A stretch of 64,000 nucleotides of DNA, taken from Bacteroidota bacterium. GTDB taxonomy: Bacteria > Bacteroidota > Bacteroidia > JAHEXY01. Below are positions 59,165 through 64,000 of the stretch, one piece after another. Under the pieces are notes generated by a model. It saw only the letters and a program-made list of their open reading frames with translations, was not told where the DNA came from and made no database searches. Every line of letters starts with the position of its first letter. Position 1 is the stretch's first letter. The stretch spans positions 64,854-128,853 of the forward strand of contig JAHEXY010000004.1 in NCBI GenBank assembly GCA_023251875.1, in the 5' to 3' direction. The translations under genes and the position numbers were made by a program.

Positions 59165-60868
59165 TTATTTTTTGACTACAAATTTGCTATTGACAATTCC
59201 TTCTTTTGAATAAAGTTTAAGATTATAAATTCCTTCTTGAAAATTTGAAATATCAATTTGAAAAGGGTTCACTTTATCTACTTTTCTATTTTGATATACC
59301 AATTGCCCCATTGCATTAAATATTGCTAAATTAATTTGAGATACTATTTTATTATTGCATTTTACATTAATAAAACTATGACTTGGGTTTGGATAAATAT
59401 TTATTGCTGTATTATTTATTAGAGAATTTGCATTACCCGTTACAAGTGATGAATCTATTACCACAAACTGCCCCATTAAACCATCATCTTCATGTGCAGC
59501 AATGTGGCAATGGTACATATATGGATGTATACTATCTGCAAAGTCTGTAAACTTTGTAATAAACCTTACTGTTTCATTTTTATTTACCAATACAACGTCT
59601 TTCCAACCTTGCTCTTCTTTAGCAGGGTCTTGCCCGTTTCTCGATAAAATAGAAAATTCGATGTCATGTATATGAAAGGGATGCGCAATGGTTGAAATAT
59701 TTTCTATTTCCCATATTTCAGTAGCATTTAAATTTACATATTGATTTATGGAATCCATGTTAAAAAACTCGCCATTAAATTGAAATGCTTTTGTTACCGG
59801 ATCGTTGTTTATTTGCAAAAATCTGGTTACCGTAGCAGAATTTTCTTGATAAAATTGATTGCTTGTTAAACTTGTTGGAATAGATATAACCAGATTTGAA
59901 GTTTGAGCAGCAACATTAATATGCAAGATCATAAAATCTCTCGCTCCTAATGCATTGCCAAAAGGAGGAGGAGAATTTACCGGCTCATTACCGGGAACAT
60001 AATCAGCAAGATTCGCATTATAAGCCATTACATCAACTTTAGAATTTTGCTGAGCAGTAAAATCAACTACAATTTCAACACGTTCGCCAACTGATAATAA
60101 ATATCTTGTAACCGGAACAGGCGCATCCAACAAACCTCCATCAGAGGTTATTACATAAAAAGTTCTGTTATCACTAAAACCAATATTGTAGGATCGTTCA
60201 TGATTAGCATTTAAAAATCGTAAACGTACATATTGAGCAGGCATGCTCACTTCAGGATAAAGAGTTCCATTTACCAGCATGGTATCTCCATAAGCCCCAT
60301 CAAGCAATTGATTTAAATTATCAAATTTTCTATCTAGTAAAATAAGAGGGAAATCATCTACTCCATAAGTTCGAGGTAAGGAGAGACTAGCTTCAATACT
60401 ATCCCTTATAATAATCATCCCGGCTAAACCCATGAGCATTTGGTTTTCTGTCATCATGTGCAAATGCGGGTGATACCAATAGGTGGCCGCTTTGTTGGCT
60501 ACCTTAAAATAAGGAGACCATGTAGTACCAGGAGGAATAGGTTGATGGGGCCCCCCATCCATTATGGCAGGAATATGAAAGCCATGCCAATGCATGGTTG
60601 TAGTATCAGCTAATTGATTAATCACATTCATAAAAACCGAATCGCCTTGATTCATAATTAATGTTGGGCCTAAAAAGTTGCCATTTATACCGTAAGTATT
60701 GGTTGCCTTTCCTGAAAAAAATTGCTTGGTAGATTCATCAACTGTTAAAGTAAAATGAGTTCCCATAATGGTATCGGGGATAAAAAGCGGATTATAGGAT
60801 TGAGCAGTTAGTGTTATTGCTTTAAAAAAAATAGAAACAAAGATAATTAAGGGGGAAACTAATTTCAT
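59165..60868 (-). CDS. multicopper oxidase with a T9SS C-terminal sorting domain
   Basis: Copper-binding His motifs HWHGFHIP, HPFHIHD and MYHCHIAAHEDDGLMGQF. T9SS CTD: INIYPNPSHSFINVK...GIYNLKLYS. Confidence 0.85.
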   Translation of the reverse strand: MKLVSPLIIFVSIFFKAITLTAQSYNPLFIPDTIMGTHFTLTVDESTKQFFSGKATNTYGINGNFLGPTLIMNQGDSVFMNVINQLADTTTMHWHGFHIPAIMDGGPHQPIPPGTTWSPYFKVANKAATYWYHPHLHMMTENQMLMGLAGMIIIRDSIEASLSLPRTYGVDDFPLILLDRKFDNLNQLLDGAYGDTMLVNGTLYPEVSMPAQYVRLRFLNANHERSYNIGFSDNRTFYVITSDGGLLDAPVPVTRYLLSVGERVEIVVDFTAQQNSKVDVMAYNANLADYVPGNEPVNSPPPFGNALGARDFMILHINVAAQTSNLVISIPTSLTSNQFYQENSATVTRFLQINNDPVTKAFQFNGEFFNMDSINQYVNLNATEIWEIENISTIAHPFHIHDIEFSILSRNGQDPAKEEQGWKDVVLVNKNETVRFITKFTDFADSIHPYMYHCHIAAHEDDGLMGQFVVIDSSLVTGNANSLINNTAINIYPNPSHSFINVKCNNKIVSQINLAIFNAMGQLVYQNRKVDKVNPFQIDISNFQEGIYNLKLYSKEGIVNSKFVVKK

Positions 60869-60957
60869 AAAGTTTTTGTTTATTTATTTAATATACAGGC
60901 CGCTTTGGGAAAGCTGTACAAAGTAAATCAGAATTTCCGGTAATAAAAAGCAAGAAT

Positions 60958-63189
60958 TCATTTTTGTACTGAGAAAGCAGTAAAACCAGTTTTCTCTTTC
61001 GTTGATATTTTACAATAATACAATCCTAATGCTAAATTAGACACATCTATTTGAATTCGATCAGCATTATTACAAACATATTGATTGATAAATTGCCCTG
61101 TTAAATTATAAATAGTAACATTAAAGAAAGAAACTCCTTTATCTTTACAATAAACAGTAATTACCTCCTTTGAGGGATTAGGATAGAGAGAAAAAGATAA
61201 ATTATTTTGAGTGTTTTTTACTTCTTTAATTCCTACCAAAGAATCACTTTGTTTAAAAATCGAAAGCCCTCCTCTAAAATTTCCAACAGCCATTTCTAAC
61301 TTTCCATCATTATCAATATCAGCAAGTGTAGGTGCAGACCTAGATCCAACAATATTATGATCGATCACAGAATCAATTAAAGTAAATTTGCCATTTAAAT
61401 TATTATCAATATTTCCATACAAATAAACTTTTCCGCTTTCAGAACCCACATACAAATAATATTTTTTTGTGCTATCAAGCATGGTTAAAAATGGAGTACT
61501 ATAACCAGTATACCATCCTTGAATTTGCACATTTACTTTTCCAAATGAATCTGTTTGATTAGTAAAAACAGGAGAAGTAATGGTTCCGGTATTTTTATAA
61601 TAACTAAGCCTTCCGGTTTTGTTGCCAATGATTAAATCGAGTAAATTATCTTTATTTACATCTATCAATTGAGGTGTTGATGATTTGCCTATATCGATAC
61701 TTTGATAATAAGCAGTTGTTAATACTATATTCATTGGGTTGCCTACACCTCCACTATTGGTAAAAAGATGAATAGCACCTTCTTCTTCTCCTAAAATCAT
61801 ATCTAAATCACCATCATTATCAATATCTCCAAAAGTAGGGTACAATGATTTTAAATTTAAAGTACTTGTACTCAACCAATCTCTTGTGATTAAAGTATAT
61901 TGTGGCTGAGCATTGCTTCCTGTATTTTGGTATAAATTAAGAGAGCTAATATATTGCCCATTGGAGTAATAGCAATAATTACCCACAACCAAATCAAGTA
62001 AATGATCTGCATTGTAATCTACAAAAACAGGATACGCATTTTGTCCCACATCAATCATATCATTTTGTAAAAACGCTTTGCTTTCTAAATGAAAAGTTGA
62101 AGTATCTCCGATACTAACATTTTTATAATACCAGCAATTATCAAAACTGGTTCCTCCATTGGTTATGTTAGTGGCCGCAATAATATCTTTCCGCCCATCA
62201 TTGTTAGCATCAATGGCAAAAGAGGCAGGAAAATTATTAATATCAGCAGGAGTATCATAATCAGGAAATCCTGAATCGACTTTGCTAATATAAGCTTCGC
62301 TAGAATCTCCTCCATTATGCGCAAACATTAATGCATAGCAAGAAATATCTCCAATAATTAAATCTTGATCGTGATCTCCATCAATATCCATTGCTAAAGT
62401 TGTAGATCCGGAATGTGCCTGGTCTTTTGTTTTGTGCTGAGAATCATCTGCCATGTAATTATAACAAGTGTCATTCAACATATAATCTCCACAATAATAA
62501 GTTTCATAAAAAAATCCCCAACAACCGGATTTATGTGCATAGTTTAAACTATCACAATTACCATATACTTGAATGGTTTGATTTTGATAGTAATCAATGT
62601 ATCCACCAAGAATATCAAATGTGAGAATATCTAAATCGCCATCGTTATCAATATCTTCAATAGCGGGAATATCAACCGAACTAACATATACATTTACATC
62701 ATAATTAGATGAGTTTTTATAATACAACATATCCTTGTAGAGAGAAAATGAAAGTCCATTGCCACTTGAAAAATCATTTTCATACACGCCCACACCTGCC
62801 GGAACTGAAGCAAAAATATCTGCTTTACCATCACAATTAAAATCTTTTAATAGCGCCCAATTATTTAAATACGGAAAGTTTTTTTCATATTCCGGTGCAT
62901 ATTGATAGCAAACACTATCAGCAATACCTTCATTGATAAAAGTGAGTATTTTATTTCCATAATCAACAAAATTTCCCCAACGCTCATTTATAAATAAATC
63001 TTGAATACCGTCTCCATTTAAATCAATTTCTGATAATTCAGGATTGTGTAATCCTCCAGCCCAAGGGAATTTAAGCGCATAACCACTTTGATCTACTTGT
63101 ATGCTATCGTAACGATAATAAGAAAATTGAGAGTACGAAAAATGGCAAGCAAGGGTGAAAAAAAACAGAAAAAAGTATAATCGTTTCAT
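60958..63189 (-). CDS. FG-GAP/VCBS repeat (integrin-alpha-like) protein with a T9SS C-terminal sorting domain
   Basis: Multiple FG-GAP-type Ca-binding repeats (DLNGDGIQDLF, DIDNDGDLDIL, DIDGDHDQDLIIGD, DANNDGRKDII, DIDNDGDLDMILG, DIDNDGKLEMAVG). T9SS CTD: FSLYPNPSKEVITV...GLYYCKI. Confidence 0.75.
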   Translation of the reverse strand: MKRLYFFLFFFTLACHFSYSQFSYYRYDSIQVDQSGYALKFPWAGGLHNPELSEIDLNGDGIQDLFINERWGNFVDYGNKILTFINEGIADSVCYQYAPEYEKNFPYLNNWALLKDFNCDGKADIFASVPAGVGVYENDFSSGNGLSFSLYKDMLYYKNSSNYDVNVYVSSVDIPAIEDIDNDGDLDILTFDILGGYIDYYQNQTIQVYGNCDSLNYAHKSGCWGFFYETYYCGDYMLNDTCYNYMADDSQHKTKDQAHSGSTTLAMDIDGDHDQDLIIGDISCYALMFAHNGGDSSEAYISKVDSGFPDYDTPADINNFPASFAIDANNDGRKDIIAATNITNGGTSFDNCWYYKNVSIGDTSTFHLESKAFLQNDMIDVGQNAYPVFVDYNADHLLDLVVGNYCYYSNGQYISSLNLYQNTGSNAQPQYTLITRDWLSTSTLNLKSLYPTFGDIDNDGDLDMILGEEEGAIHLFTNSGGVGNPMNIVLTTAYYQSIDIGKSSTPQLIDVNKDNLLDLIIGNKTGRLSYYKNTGTITSPVFTNQTDSFGKVNVQIQGWYTGYSTPFLTMLDSTKKYYLYVGSESGKVYLYGNIDNNLNGKFTLIDSVIDHNIVGSRSAPTLADIDNDGKLEMAVGNFRGGLSIFKQSDSLVGIKEVKNTQNNLSFSLYPNPSKEVITVYCKDKGVSFFNVTIYNLTGQFINQYVCNNADRIQIDVSNLALGLYYCKISTKEKTGFTAFSVQK

Positions 63190-63248
63190 GATAAGCTTTA
63201 CTATTAATTTTCTTAATTTTGCAATCTAAATTTTAAAAACAAAATCTT

Positions 63249-64000
63249 TATGAAGATAGGAAAAATTATTCTCTATGTAGTGATTGTTCTAATTGTGATT
63301 GGAGCCATTTTGACATTTGTTGCACCAACCCATGTAAAAATTGAACGTTCAATAATAATTAATTCAAGCAAAGAAGAAGTATTTAAAAATTTGAGATATT
63401 ATAGTAATAGGGCCAAATGGTCTCCTTGGTTAGAAAAAGACCCACAAGTAAAAACAAGTATTGAAGGTACTGATGGCGAAGTGGGTGCTATTTACAAATG
63501 GGAAGGTAATAAAGATGTAGGAAAAGGATTGCAAACAATTATGAGAATTGAAGACATGCAAAAAATAGAAGATAAACTTCAATTTCTTGAACCATTTAAA
63601 TCAGAAGCAGATGCTTATTTACAAATGGGCGATTCTGCCGGAATGGTAAAAGTAAGTTGGGGATTTATTTCCGAATCACCTCGTCCGTTTAACATTTTTA
63701 ATCTTTTTATGGATATGGATAAAATGGTTGGACCTGACTTTCAGAATGGATTAAGCAAATTAAAAATGCTATGTGAAAGCGAAGCAAACAATGCTCCTCA
63801 GCAGGTTTCTGTTTCATATCAAGTTCAAGAAATACAATGGCCCGGAAAAACATACATTGGAAAAAAAGGTACTGTAACTTGGGATAAAATAAGTGAATTT
63901 TACCAAAGCAATTTATCCGAAACATTTAAAGCATTAGGTATAGCACAAGCAGCTATGGATGGTGCCCCAAGTGGCCTATATTTTGTGTGGGATACGGTAG
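63249..64000 (+). CDS. membrane-anchored SRPBCC (polyketide-cyclase/START-like) protein with a GyrI-like C-terminal region. Partial: the 3' end lies beyond the window.
   Basis: The ATG at 63249 opens a frame that stays open to the window end. N-terminal TM (ILYVVIVLIVIGAIL), followed by an SRPBCC-like beta-grip sequence. Confidence 0.4.

Noticed and set aside
1-64000. Searched for a CRISPR array, transposase or integrase, and tRNA, rRNA or tmRNA genes
   Set aside because: No regularly spaced direct repeats with unique spacers were found. No transposase or integrase-like ORFs were found. No intergenic region shows cloverleaf-like GC-rich tRNA structure. The only repeats found are the hairpin or palindromic families listed above.

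Overview
This 64 kb window looks like low-GC Bacteroidota chromosome. Coding density is high and there are no IS elements, integrases, CRISPR arrays, rRNA or tRNA genes. Eight proteins carry a type IX secretion (T9SS/Por) C-terminal sorting domain. They include a paralogous PKD-domain cargo cluster at 20.2-27.6 kb and a multicopper oxidase, an FG-GAP protein and a serine hydrolase at 54.5-63.2 kb. Housekeeping genes include pyrC (3' end), arfB, rsmE, uvrA, ilvE, trmD, mltG, a lolE-like permease, namZ, a nuoF homologue, a DEAD-box helicase, preA, thiG and an aldehyde dehydrogenase. The accessory content is three toxin-antitoxin modules: a tripartite HipB/HipS-like/HipT-like locus, a DUF433/DUF5615 pair, and mazEF. 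A cobalamin riboswitch controls a btuB-like TonB receptor and a BtuG-like beta-propeller lipoprotein. The most unusual features are non-coding. A roughly 155-nt modular repeat built from GC-rich 4-5 bp hairpins with TAC/GTA loops occurs three times, plus one degenerate copy. Related GC-rich palindromes sit in frame inside rsmE and at the start of a J-domain gene. A 10-bp palindrome (ATTAGCTAAT) is arrayed across a gene boundary, and a near-palindromic TGCAATTAAT-box is repeated. A 17-bp perfect inverted repeat pair brackets about 200 bp. A hairpin-rich candidate sRNA lies upstream of the riboswitch. An A8 homopolymer splits a membrane coiled-coil gene into two ORFs.
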